NCBI GenBank assembly: GCA_963730185.1
Contig: CAVSQW010000007.1
Span: 1-64,000 of the forward strand
DNA: 64,000 nt
Reading direction: 5' to 3'
From: an uncultured Gemmatimonadales bacterium
Lineage (GTDB): Bacteria; Gemmatimonadota; Gemmatimonadetes; Gemmatimonadales; GWC2-71-9
Position numbers and translations under genes: made by a program. Numbering within the stretch: the stretch's first letter is position 1; every line of letters starts with the position of its first letter. The notes beneath the pieces were generated by a model. That model did no database searches. It was not told where the DNA came from and saw only the letters and a list, made by a program, of their open reading frames with translations. Positions 48,254 to 57,731 of the stretch are shown in pieces.

Positions 48254-49627
48254 TCAGGCCGCCGGTTGGGTCGGCTTGGCGTGCGTGCCCGCCGGGGCCG
48301 AGTCGGCGCCCGGGGTCAGCGGCACCGCCGGCGCCGAGGTGTCGCCGCCGGCCGTCGGCTTGTCGGTGGAGCCGGGCAACCGGACCAGCTTGAGCTGATC
48401 CTTGCCGGGCGGCGGTGAGAGCAGGACCCGGTCGTTCTCGTCGAGCCCCTTGGTGACGATGATCGCGTCGTCGTTCATCGCCCCGGTCTCGATTTCCTGC
48501 TTGACCACGCTGCCGCCCGACTGCTTGTAGACGAAGGCGATGCCGTCCTGGCCGCTCACCGCCTCGAGCGGGATGTGGAGCACGTTCTCGGCGGCGTGGG
48601 TCTCGATCGTGTTCCCGGTCGTCATCCCCGGGCGGAGGGTGGTGTCGGCCTGCTGGATGCCGACCGTCACCTCGAAGACCTTGGCGTCGGTGTTGGGCCG
48701 CTGCTCGCCGACGTTCGCCACCTTGGTGACGGTGCCGGTGAGCTTCTTGTTGGGATCGGCGTCGAGGGTGATCACCGCCGGCTGCCCGACGGCGATCTTC
48801 TGGACGTCGATCTCGTTGACGTAGGTCACCGACTCCATCTGGGTCAGGTCCGGGAGCGTCGCCACCGTTGGATCCCAGGCCGACACCTGCGAGCCCGCCG
48901 TCTTCTTCTTGCCGTTCCACTCCTTGACGTAGATCACCATCCCCGGCGCGGGCGCCTTGATGGTGAAGCCGGCCATCACGTCCTGAACGATCTGGAGCTT
49001 GTTCCGCTGCCGGTCCCGGTCGGCGCCGACCTCCCGCATCTTGGCCTGGGCCTGCTCGGTCTTGGTCTTGTAGTCCAGCTTGCCCTGCGCCAGCGCCCGC
49101 TCCGCCTTCTCGTAGTCGATCTCGGCCTGGCGCTTGATGGTCGGCGCCTCGTAGACGGCCTGCTCCTTGGCCAGCTTCTTCTCCTCGAGACCCAGCTCCA
49201 TGGTGCGGATGTCCTCGCGCGCCTTGGAAAGGTTGAGCGTGGAGTCGAGCATCGCCTGCTCGTATACCGCCTCCGCTTTCGAGAGGTTGAGCTGCACCTC
49301 GGCCAGCTTGTTCGCGAGGGTCGAGCGGTCGAGCTGGGCGACCACGTCGCCCTCCTTCACCACCGTGCCCTCGGGCACGATCGACGCGATCTTCATCTGG
49401 TAGGCTTCGGCCTGCTGCGCGTTGGACGGCCCCGTGATCTGGACGAATTTCCGGGCCCGGAGCTCGCCGGACGTGGTGACCGTCACCTTGAAGGGGCCCC
49501 GCTCGACCGGTGCGGCCACCTCGGCGCCGGCGGCGTGGGTTTCGCCGGCCATCAGCCACGCGGTGGTCGAGACGAGGACGGCGGCCACGGCGGTGACCAC
49601 GAACCAGCGTTTCCGGAGGAAGCTCAT
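48254..49627 (-). CDS. Efflux periplasmic adaptor (MacA/HlyD-like)
   Basis: N-terminal TM, VPEGTVVKEGD, long coiled coil, IKAPAPGMV, VNEID, LRPGMT. Confidence 0.88.
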   Translation of the reverse strand: MSFLRKRWFVVTAVAAVLVSTTAWLMAGETHAAGAEVAAPVERGPFKVTVTTSGELRARKFVQITGPSNAQQAEAYQMKIASIVPEGTVVKEGDVVAQLDRSTLANKLAEVQLNLSKAEAVYEQAMLDSTLNLSKAREDIRTMELGLEEKKLAKEQAVYEAPTIKRQAEIDYEKAERALAQGKLDYKTKTEQAQAKMREVGADRDRQRNKLQIVQDVMAGFTIKAPAPGMVIYVKEWNGKKKTAGSQVSAWDPTVATLPDLTQMESVTYVNEIDVQKIAVGQPAVITLDADPNKKLTGTVTKVANVGEQRPNTDAKVFEVTVGIQQADTTLRPGMTTGNTIETHAAENVLHIPLEAVSGQDGIAFVYKQSGGSVVKQEIETGAMNDDAIIVTKGLDENDRVLLSPPPGKDQLKLVRLPGSTDKPTAGGDTSAPAVPLTPGADSAPAGTHAKPTQPAA

Positions 49628-49847
49628 TCCGACTCCTACGCTGCCAACTTGAAGGGGGTGGACCCGGCGGGCCGAGTTCTCCTTAGACACCGGTCGGCCG
49701 GTTGGCGTTGGCTCCCGGGGGTCCAAAGTGGGAAGATTCTCAGCCCAGGGCAAATGACGCGGCCCGCTGGTCCGCCTCGGGATGCCGGCCGGAATTGGAC
49801 AACACCCGTTTCAGGAAATCGGCCGGTGGGGGTTCCCGGCCGAGCGG

Positions 49848-52800
49848 TCAATGGGCCGGGTCAGGCGGGGCCGAGACGGGGCGCGCCGCGTCCTCCGGGG
49901 CCAGACCGGCCGGAATTCCGGTCAGGAACGCCTTCAACCGGGCGGAGGCGCGGCGGGCCGCCACGTACACTGCCGGGATCACCAGCAGGGTCAGGAGGGT
50001 CGAGATGGTGAGCCCGCCGACCACCGCCACGGCCAGCGGTTGCATCAGCTCGGTGCCCTCGCCCATCCCGAATGCCAGGGGCAGCATGCCGAGAATCGTG
50101 GTGAGCGTGGTCATCAGGATGGGCCGGAGCCGGACCACCCCGGCCTCGACGACCGCCTCTTCCATGGTGAAGCCCCGCTCGCGTTGGCCGATCTCGACGT
50201 ACTCCACCAGCAGGATCGCGTTGTTCACCACGATACCGGCCAGCAGGATCACGCCGAGCAGGACGGGGGCGCTCAGCGCGGTGCCGGTCATGACCAGCGC
50301 CGCGGCGACTCCGATCAGGGCCAGCGGCACCGACACCAGGATCACCAGCGGGTCGACCAGGCTCTCGTACTGCACCGCCATGACCACGAACACCAGGAAG
50401 ATCGCGAGACCGATCACGATCGCGAGATTCCGGTTGTTCTCGCGGACCGCCTGTTCCTCGCCTCCGTAGATCAGGCTGAAGCCCTCCGGCAGGGGCAGGT
50501 TGGAGAGCCGGGCGTGGATCTCCCGGCTCACGTCGCTGATGTTGGCGACCGACGTGTTGACGTCGCCGGTGACCCGGATCAGGCGGTTCTGGTTCTCGCG
50601 GAGGATCGTGGTGGGGCCGGTCCCGAGCGAGATGGTTGCCACGTCGCGGAGGTAGATCGGCTGGTCGCGTCCCGGGAAGAGCGCGATCGAGCCCAGGTCT
50701 TCGGCGCTTTGGAACTCGCTTCGGGGCATCCGGACCCGGACGTCGTACTCGAAGTTGCCCTCGGTGAATCGGGTCGGGATCGACCCTTCGAGGGCGGTCC
50801 GGACGCTCTGGCCCACGCTCGCCCCGCTGAGTCCGAGGTCGGCGGTCCGCTCCCGGTCGATCCGGATGGCGAGCTGCGGGCTGGCCTCCTCGGTCGAGAG
50901 CTGAAGACCTTCTAACCCCTTGATCCCGGTCAGCCGGCCCAGCACGTCGTTGGCTAGGCGTTGCAGGGCGACGAGGTCGTCGCCCTGAACGGATACGGCG
51001 ATGTCGCTGCCGCTGATGTTGGTGCGGAGGCCGCGGATCCGGGGCGGGCGGACGCCGATCCGCGCCCCGGGGATGCCCAGGGCGTTGATGTCGGACTGGA
51101 GGCTGGCGACCCATTCCGAGGCCGTCATCTTGGGCCGGTCGGGCGCGGGCGCCAGCTGGATGCTCAGCGAGCCCCGCCCCCCGCGCTCGGCGGTCGAGCT
51201 GCCGAAGAGGAAGCCGCCCGCGGTGGCGAAGACGTCCTCGACGTAGGGACGCTCGGCGACCATGGCCTCGAGCTGCTTCACCACGTCGTTGGTCTTGTCG
51301 GGCGGCGTGCCGGGCGGCATCGCGACATAGGCGCCCACACTCCCGTCGTCGACCACCGGCAGGAACTCCGAGGGGAGGCGGGTCGCCAGGCTGATGAAGA
51401 TCGCGAGCAGGGCGAACGCGCCCGCCACCAGAAGTCCCTTGTGCCGGAGGGTGCCCCGGGCCGCCACCCGATAGCGGTCGGTCATCCGGTCGATGAACCG
51501 GTCGAAGCCGCGGATCACCCGGGTGTTCGCGAGTCCGGTGGTCCATTTGATCTTGGCCATCTGGGCCGTGAGCATCGGCACCAGAGTCAACGCCACGCCC
51601 AGCGAGGCGATCATCGAGAAGGTGATCGTGAGGATCAGCTCCTGGAAGATCAGCGCGGCCAGTCCCGAGATCAGGAGGAAGGGCAGCACCGCCGCCAGGT
51701 TGGTCGTGGTGGACGCCACCACCGCGGAGGTCACCTCGGCCGATCCCGAATGGGCCGCTTCGGTGGCGTCCCGACCCTCGTTGCGATGCCGGAAGATGTT
51801 CTCCAGCATCACGATCGAGTTGTCGAGCAGGAGCCCGACCCCCAGGGCGAGGCCACCGAGGGTCATGATGTTGAGGGTCAGGCCGCGCCACCCCATCAGG
51901 GCCAGCGTCGCCAGGATCGCGATCGGGATCGAGAGACCGATGATGAAGGTCTTCCGAAGGCTCCCGAGGAAGAGGAGCACCACCAGCATGGCTAGGCCGG
52001 CGCCCATCAGGGCGGCGTTGCGCACGCTGCTGATCGCGCTTTCGATGAAGAACGACTGGTCGGAGACCACCCGGTAGTCGATGTCGCTCGGGATGAAGCG
52101 GGAGTCGCCCAGCTGGGCCAGCCGGGCGCCGATTCCCTTGGCCACGTCCACCGTATTGGCCTCGGGCAGCTTCCGGACCGAGAGCTTGACCGCGGGCACG
52201 CCGTTGAGACGGGCCCAGAGCCGTTGCTCCCGGTTGGTGTCGACCACCGTCGCGATTTCGGAGAGCGGAATCCGCTGCCCCGAACCCGGCACGCTCAGCA
52301 GGACGTTCTGGATGTCCTTCACCGAGCGGAACTTGCCGGCCGTCTTGCCGATCACCTCGAACTGCGGCGAGGTGATGTTCCCGGCGGCGATGTCCTGATT
52401 CTCGTCTCGCAGCGTGTTGAGGACATCGGTGACCGTGAACCGGTAGGAGCGGAGCCGCTCCTGGTCGAGGATCACCTGCACTTCGCGGGTCAGCCCGCCC
52501 GACACGTCGATCGAGCCCACCCCTTCGACGGTGAGGAGTTGGGGCACCAGCTGCAGGTCCACCCACCGGCGGAGATCGACCTGGCTCAGGCCGTTGGAGC
52601 TGAACCCCACCTCGTAGACCGCCATCTGCGAGGGGTCGGATTTATTGATGCTGGGCGGGTCGATGTCGTCCGGAAGGCGAGTGCGGGCTCGATCGAGGTT
52701 CTTCGACGCGTCCTGGAGCGCGAAGTTCATGTCGGTGCCGTAGCGGAAATTGAGCGTGACTTGCGAACGCCCCTCCGCCGTTTCCGACTCGAGCTCGACC

Positions 52801-53045
52801 AGGTTCTCCGTGGTGGCCAGCGAGGTCTCGAGGACCTTGGTGACCTGCTCCTCCATCACCTCCGGGGCCACGCCGGGGTAGGTCACGTTGACCCGGACCT
52901 GGGGGTAGACGATCTGGGGGAGGAGGTCGATCGGCAGCTGGCCGCCGTAGAAGATGCCCAGCACGATCACCACGGAGGCCAACGCCACCGTCCCGATCGG
53001 CCGGCGGATCGAGAAGCTGGAAAGGGTGGACCGCACCGAGCTCAT
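49848..53045 (-). CDS. RND efflux permease (AcrB/AcrD/AcrF family)
   Basis: IRRPIGT, LPIDLLP, YPGVAPE, GLLLDNSIVMLENI, GIVVNNAILLVE, RLRPILMTT; real start ATG 53045. Confidence 0.94.
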   Translation of the reverse strand: MSSVRSTLSSFSIRRPIGTVALASVVIVLGIFYGGQLPIDLLPQIVYPQVRVNVTYPGVAPEVMEEQVTKVLETSLATTENLVELESETAEGRSQVTLNFRYGTDMNFALQDASKNLDRARTRLPDDIDPPSINKSDPSQMAVYEVGFSSNGLSQVDLRRWVDLQLVPQLLTVEGVGSIDVSGGLTREVQVILDQERLRSYRFTVTDVLNTLRDENQDIAAGNITSPQFEVIGKTAGKFRSVKDIQNVLLSVPGSGQRIPLSEIATVVDTNREQRLWARLNGVPAVKLSVRKLPEANTVDVAKGIGARLAQLGDSRFIPSDIDYRVVSDQSFFIESAISSVRNAALMGAGLAMLVVLLFLGSLRKTFIIGLSIPIAILATLALMGWRGLTLNIMTLGGLALGVGLLLDNSIVMLENIFRHRNEGRDATEAAHSGSAEVTSAVVASTTTNLAAVLPFLLISGLAALIFQELILTITFSMIASLGVALTLVPMLTAQMAKIKWTTGLANTRVIRGFDRFIDRMTDRYRVAARGTLRHKGLLVAGAFALLAIFISLATRLPSEFLPVVDDGSVGAYVAMPPGTPPDKTNDVVKQLEAMVAERPYVEDVFATAGGFLFGSSTAERGGRGSLSIQLAPAPDRPKMTASEWVASLQSDINALGIPGARIGVRPPRIRGLRTNISGSDIAVSVQGDDLVALQRLANDVLGRLTGIKGLEGLQLSTEEASPQLAIRIDRERTADLGLSGASVGQSVRTALEGSIPTRFTEGNFEYDVRVRMPRSEFQSAEDLGSIALFPGRDQPIYLRDVATISLGTGPTTILRENQNRLIRVTGDVNTSVANISDVSREIHARLSNLPLPEGFSLIYGGEEQAVRENNRNLAIVIGLAIFLVFVVMAVQYESLVDPLVILVSVPLALIGVAAALVMTGTALSAPVLLGVILLAGIVVNNAILLVEYVEIGQRERGFTMEEAVVEAGVVRLRPILMTTLTTILGMLPLAFGMGEGTELMQPLAVAVVGGLTISTLLTLLVIPAVYVAARRASARLKAFLTGIPAGLAPEDAARPVSAPPDPAH

Positions 53046-54148
53046 CGGGCGGCCTCCCCCTCGAGGCGGAGGCCGGAGTCCGCCGGCTCCGGGCCCGCGG
53101 TGATTCGCACCTTCGCGCCCTGCCGGAGGTTCACCTGGCCCGAGGTCACCACCAGCTCGCCCGGCGTCAGGCCCTCGGCCACTTCGACCAGCCCGGCCGA
53201 GGTCATCCCGGTCGAGACCGCTCGGCGGACCAGGGTGTCGGCCTGCACCACGTAGACGAATGACCCGCTGGCGCTCGCCCCGAGCGCCGCCGCCGGTACC
53301 GCGATGGCCTGACGCCGCTGCTCCAGGTCGAAGTGGATTCGGGCGAGAAAGCCGGGGCGGACCCGGGGGCCGCCGGCCGAGGGCCCGAGCGCTACTTCGA
53401 CCGGCACCAGGCGGGTCTGCGGGTTGGCCGCCGGGAAGACCCGGCGCACCGTGCCGGTGAGGTTCGCCTCGGGAAGCGCGTCCAGCTGGACCGTCGCGCG
53501 GCTCCCGACCCGGACGTGCACCACGTCGAGCTCGGACATCTGGACCCGGACGACCAGAAGCGAATCGTCGGCGATGTCGAAGAGATGCTGGTTGGTGGTC
53601 ACCGCGCCGCCGGCCTCGATCAGCTTGGCGGTGACGGTCCCCGCGGTCGGCGCCTCGACCCGGGTGAAGTCGAGCCGGGTCTCCCACAGGTCGACGTCGC
53701 TCTGGGCGGTCGCATAGGCCGCCCGGGCCTGTTCGAACTCCGCGTCGGTCACGATCCGGGAGGCGTGCATCTTCTCGGTCCGGTCGAAGCTGGCCTTGGC
53801 GTTGGCCAGGACGGCCTTGGCTCGCGCCAACTGGGCCGCCGTCTCCCGGGCGTCCAGCTCGGCCAGGAGCCGGCCGGGGCGAACCCGGTCGCCCTCGACG
53901 ACCCGGACCGTCAGCATCGTGCCGGAGGTCCGGCTGTTCACGGCGACCGTGCGGAGCGGCTCCACCGGGGCCGACAGGACTACCTCGCGGGCCAGGTCGT
54001 GACGCTCGACCCGGGCCACCGCCACGGCGGCGGGTCCGGAGTTCCGGTTGTTGGCCGGGGGCGCGGCGGGGGAGCAGCCGAGGGCGGCAAGGAGCGAGAG
54101 CGAGCCCAGCACGGCGGGCCACCGTGACCGGCGGATTGGTTCTGCCAT
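53042..54148 (-). CDS. RND periplasmic adaptor lipoprotein
   Basis: Lipobox ALGC, VVEGDRV..G, APTAGTV, RPGF, GLTPGELVVTSG. Confidence 0.9.
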   Translation of the reverse strand: MAEPIRRSRWPAVLGSLSLLAALGCSPAAPPANNRNSGPAAVAVARVERHDLAREVVLSAPVEPLRTVAVNSRTSGTMLTVRVVEGDRVRPGRLLAELDARETAAQLARAKAVLANAKASFDRTEKMHASRIVTDAEFEQARAAYATAQSDVDLWETRLDFTRVEAPTAGTVTAKLIEAGGAVTTNQHLFDIADDSLLVVRVQMSELDVVHVRVGSRATVQLDALPEANLTGTVRRVFPAANPQTRLVPVEVALGPSAGGPRVRPGFLARIHFDLEQRRQAIAVPAAALGASASGSFVYVVQADTLVRRAVSTGMTSAGLVEVAEGLTPGELVVTSGQVNLRQGAKVRITAGPEPADSGLRLEGEAAR

Positions 54149-54250
54149 CGGAATTCCTGGGCGCCCGCGGCAGGCCGCCGGCGTCCGGTCGTCGGTTTTT
54201 CAGGTACCGCGGCCCGCGCTGGGGACGCAACTCGAAGTCAGGCTGCCTGG

Positions 54251-54278
54251 TATACGTTCTCCGGCCCGATTTCGTTGC
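54251..54278 (-). promoter_or_regulatory. Putative ECF-sigma promoter of the RND operon
   Basis: GCAAC-N17-CGTATA on the minus strand, about 100 nt upstream of ATG 54148, matching the generic ECF AAC-N17-CGT pattern. Confidence 0.45.
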
Positions 54279-54366
54279 GTTCGGGGCCCCAGGCGGTTGC
54301 CCCCGTTCGAGACCGCCGGCAGGGTCGCGGCTAAGCTGTTGCCCCATCTGGCCGATACTGATTCGC

Positions 54367-55764
54367 ATGACGGCCACCCACGACTTCGATTTCCTTGCCA
54401 TCGGGAGCGGTCCCGCGGGCCAGCGGGCGGCCGTCCAGGCCGCCAAAGCCGGGCGCCGGGCCGCCATCGTGGAGCGTCGCCTGGCCCTCGGGGGCTCCTG
54501 TCTGGTAACCGGCACGATTCCGAGCAAGACCTTTCGGGAGGCGGTGCTCCAATTCACGGCCGTCCGGGACCATCCCGACCGCCGGCGGTTCGCCCGGATC
54601 GAGTACCGTCCCACGGCGCCCCAACTGCTGGAACGGGTCGAGCAGGTCATGGAGCTCGAGTGCGGGGTGATCGAGGATCAGCTCCGGCGGAACGACATTG
54701 CCATCCTTCGCGGCGACGCCCGGTTCAAGGACCCCCACACGGTGACCGTGACCGGGCCGGACGGGGCCCGAGACGTGACCGCCGATACGATCCTGATCGC
54801 GGTCGGCACCAAGCCGACCGAGCCCCCCGACGTGCCGGCCGACGGGGAGACCGTGCTCCTGTCGGATCACATCGCCCGGCTCAAGCGGATACCCCGGTCG
54901 ATCGTGGTGGTGGGCGCCGGGGTGATCGGGATCGAGTACGCCTCGATGTTCGCCGCCATCGGGGTCGACGTGACCATCGTGGACCGGCGGGACCGGCCGC
55001 TCGAGTTTCTGGACCACGAGATCGTGGACGAGCTGGTCCATATGATGCGGCGGAAGAAGGTGACCTTCCGGCCGCGCGAAGCGGTAGCGACGTTGGAGGT
55101 GCTCGAGGGGCCCTGCCGCAAGGTGGCGGTGCTGCTCGAGTCCGGAAAGCGCATCGTGGCAGACATGGTGCTCTTTTCGGTGGGCCGGGTCGGCGCGACC
55201 GACGAGCTCGCGCTCGGCCAGGCCGGTCTCACCGCCGACGAGCGCGGCCGACTCGTCGTGGACGAGACCTTCCGGACCTCCGTGCCCCACATCTTCGCGG
55301 CCGGCGACGTGATCGGCTATCCCAGCCTCGCGGCCACCTCGAGCGAGCAGGGGCGCTTGGCCGCCTGTCATGCGCTCGGCCTGGCCGCCCATCCGATGGC
55401 GCCCCACTTCCCGATCGGGATCTACGCCATCCCGGAGATTTCGATGGTGGGCGAGCCCGAGCACGTGCTCACCGAGCGGAAGGAACCCTACGAGGTGGGC
55501 ATCGCCCGGTACCGCGAGATCGCCCGCGGCCAGATCGTGGGCGACGGCGACGGTCTGCTCAAGCTGCTCTTCGGGCGGGACGACCGCCGGCTCCGCGGGG
55601 TCCACATCATCGGCACCGGCGCCACCGAGCTCCTCCACATCGGCCAGACGGTGATCGGTCTGGGGGGCGGCCTGGATTACTTCCTGCGGACGGTGTTCAA
55701 CTACCCCACCCTGGCGGAGTGCTACAAGGTCGCGGCGCTGAATGCGTCGAACAAGATGAACTAG
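54367..55764 (+). CDS. sthA: Soluble pyridine nucleotide transhydrogenase
   Basis: GSGPAG, GGSCLVTGTIPSKT (single-Cys variant), GAGVIGIEYA, AAGDVIGYPSLA, FNYPTLAECYKVAA. Confidence 0.92.
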   Translation: MTATHDFDFLAIGSGPAGQRAAVQAAKAGRRAAIVERRLALGGSCLVTGTIPSKTFREAVLQFTAVRDHPDRRRFARIEYRPTAPQLLERVEQVMELECGVIEDQLRRNDIAILRGDARFKDPHTVTVTGPDGARDVTADTILIAVGTKPTEPPDVPADGETVLLSDHIARLKRIPRSIVVVGAGVIGIEYASMFAAIGVDVTIVDRRDRPLEFLDHEIVDELVHMMRRKKVTFRPREAVATLEVLEGPCRKVAVLLESGKRIVADMVLFSVGRVGATDELALGQAGLTADERGRLVVDETFRTSVPHIFAAGDVIGYPSLAATSSEQGRLAACHALGLAAHPMAPHFPIGIYAIPEISMVGEPEHVLTERKEPYEVGIARYREIARGQIVGDGDGLLKLLFGRDDRRLRGVHIIGTGATELLHIGQTVIGLGGGLDYFLRTVFNYPTLAECYKVAALNASNKMN

Positions 55765-56888
55765 GAGGGGTCCCTCCCAAGCGTCCTCAAGACCCTCCCG
55801 ATCCCCTCCAGCCCTTGCTCCACCCGCTCTCGGCCCACGCCGTGCGTGATCCGGAGATGCCGGTCGGTCCCGAGGTAGGTTCCCGGCGCGACCAGCACCG
55901 ACGCCTGCTCCCGGATCGCGTGGGCCACCGTCACCGAGTCGAGGCCGAGGTGGTAGCGGACGAACGCGATCGCGGTGGCGGCCGGGGTCACGCACGACAC
56001 CAGGCCCGGGTTAGCGGCGAGCCAGGCCGCCACCATCTCCCACCCGCTCCGGGAGAGCTTCCGCTGTCGGGCGAGAACCCGGGGTCGGGTCGCCGGGTCG
56101 AGCGCCAGCTCGGCCAGCCGCATCGAAGGGCCGGCCGCCGAGATCACGGCGTACTCGTGACGTCGCCAGAGCGGCCCGACCAGCGAGGCCGGCGCCACCG
56201 CCCAGCCGATCCGGAGCCCGGCCATGCCGTAGGCCTTGGAGAGGCTGTTCACCGCGACCACCCGCTCGTACTGGTTCCAGAAGGTCGGCGTCTCCTCGTC
56301 CGTCCACAGCTCGGCTCCCCGGTACACCTCGTCGGCCACCAGCCAGGCCCCGGTCCGGTCGGCGATCTCGGTTACCCGCTCCATCTCGTGTGCGCTGAGT
56401 ACGGTGCCGGTCGGGTTGTTGGGATTCACGACGTAGATCAGCTTGGCGCCGGCCTTGGCCTCGTGCTCCAGCCGCTCCAGGTCGGGACGCCACCCCTGGT
56501 CGGGGTCGAGCGGGAAGGGAACCACCTGACAGCCCAGACCGGCCGCCAGCCCGAACACTTGCCGATAGCCGGGCTCCATCACGATCACCCGGTCGCCCGG
56601 CTCGAGCAGGGTCTGACAGATCAGCTGATTGGCCTCGGCCCCGCCGACCGTAACCAGCACGTTGGCGGTCGCGGCCGAGGGATAGAGGCGGGTGACGAGG
56701 TGCCGGAGGAGCTCGGTGCCGTTCACCTCGGGGTAGCCCAGCTCCAGCGCCAGAAACCGCTCCCACTCCTGCCGGCCCAGCACCTCGGAGATCCGCGCGC
56801 CGCGGACCGAGCTGTCGGCCAGGTTGACGTCGACGGTCTGTTCGTAGTCTGACTGCCAGCGCTCGAGCTCGAAGGCTTGGAATGCCAT
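55761..56888 (-). CDS. PLP-dependent class I/II aminotransferase
   Basis: NPNNPTG, DEVY, SLSKAYGMAGLRIGW. Confidence 0.92.
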   Translation of the reverse strand: MAFQAFELERWQSDYEQTVDVNLADSSVRGARISEVLGRQEWERFLALELGYPEVNGTELLRHLVTRLYPSAATANVLVTVGGAEANQLICQTLLEPGDRVIVMEPGYRQVFGLAAGLGCQVVPFPLDPDQGWRPDLERLEHEAKAGAKLIYVVNPNNPTGTVLSAHEMERVTEIADRTGAWLVADEVYRGAELWTDEETPTFWNQYERVVAVNSLSKAYGMAGLRIGWAVAPASLVGPLWRRHEYAVISAAGPSMRLAELALDPATRPRVLARQRKLSRSGWEMVAAWLAANPGLVSCVTPAATAIAFVRYHLGLDSVTVAHAIREQASVLVAPGTYLGTDRHLRITHGVGRERVEQGLEGIGRVLRTLGRDPS

Positions 56889-56899
56889 AGGTTTCCTCG

Positions 56900-57682
56900 A
56901 TGCTCCGCGAGATCGAACACGGACCGGTGCGCGAGCTCGAGATGTCCACCCGGCTCTCCCGCGCCCTCGGTTTCAAGGTAAGCGCCTTCGTCGTTCGGGG
57001 CTTCCTGATCGACACCGGCTTTCCCCGGATGGCGGGGCCGCTGGGGGCGGCGCTCGACCGGGTGGCGCTCGAGGGGGCACTGGTGACCCACTGGCACGAG
57101 GACCACGCCGGCAACCTGGCCCTCCTGACCGGGCGGGGTCTCCCAGTCGCGATGTCCCGCGAGACCCTCGATCTCTTCCCGCGCACCTTCGACCTTCCCC
57201 GCTACCGGCGGGCGATCTGGGGGAACGCGGCCCCTCCGGCCGCCGGGCCGGTGCCGGCGGCCCACCCCTTCGAGATCGTTCCGACTCCCGGTCACTCTCC
57301 CGATCACGTCGCCGTTCACGATCCGGAGACCGGCGCCGTCTTCGGCGGCGACCTCTTTCTCGGCGTCAGATCGTCGATCGTCCACCCGGGCGAGGACCCC
57401 CGAGCGATGCTCACCAGCGTCCGCCGGGTGCTCGCGCTCGAGCCCAAGGTGTACTTCGACGCCCATCGCTCGCTGGTCCGTGACCCGGTCGGCGCCCTTC
57501 GCGCCAAGGCCGAGTGGCTGGAAGCGACCATCGCCGCGATCGAGGACGGCGTCCGGCGGGGCGAGCCCGATGCCGTCATTCAGGCCCGGGTGATCGGACG
57601 CGACGGCATGATCGCCGTGGCGTCCGCCGGCGAAATGTCCAAGCGGAACTTCGTCGCGGCGATCCGGGGGGCGTCGGCCTGA
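56900..57682 (+). CDS. MBL-fold metallo-hydrolase
   Basis: LIDTG, THWHEDHAG, TPGHSPDH, GGDL, DAH. Confidence 0.9.
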   Translation: MLREIEHGPVRELEMSTRLSRALGFKVSAFVVRGFLIDTGFPRMAGPLGAALDRVALEGALVTHWHEDHAGNLALLTGRGLPVAMSRETLDLFPRTFDLPRYRRAIWGNAAPPAAGPVPAAHPFEIVPTPGHSPDHVAVHDPETGAVFGGDLFLGVRSSIVHPGEDPRAMLTSVRRVLALEPKVYFDAHRSLVRDPVGALRAKAEWLEATIAAIEDGVRRGEPDAVIQARVIGRDGMIAVASAGEMSKRNFVAAIRGASA

Positions 57683-57731
57683 TCCGACCGGCCCTGGCCG
57701 CGCCGGCTCGGCTCGGCCGGCCGGTCGCCCG

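Noticed and set aside
49848..54650. Apparent 1600-aa RND protein
   Set aside because: The first 535 codons are an off-frame read-through of the adaptor gene; the RND starts at ATG 53045.
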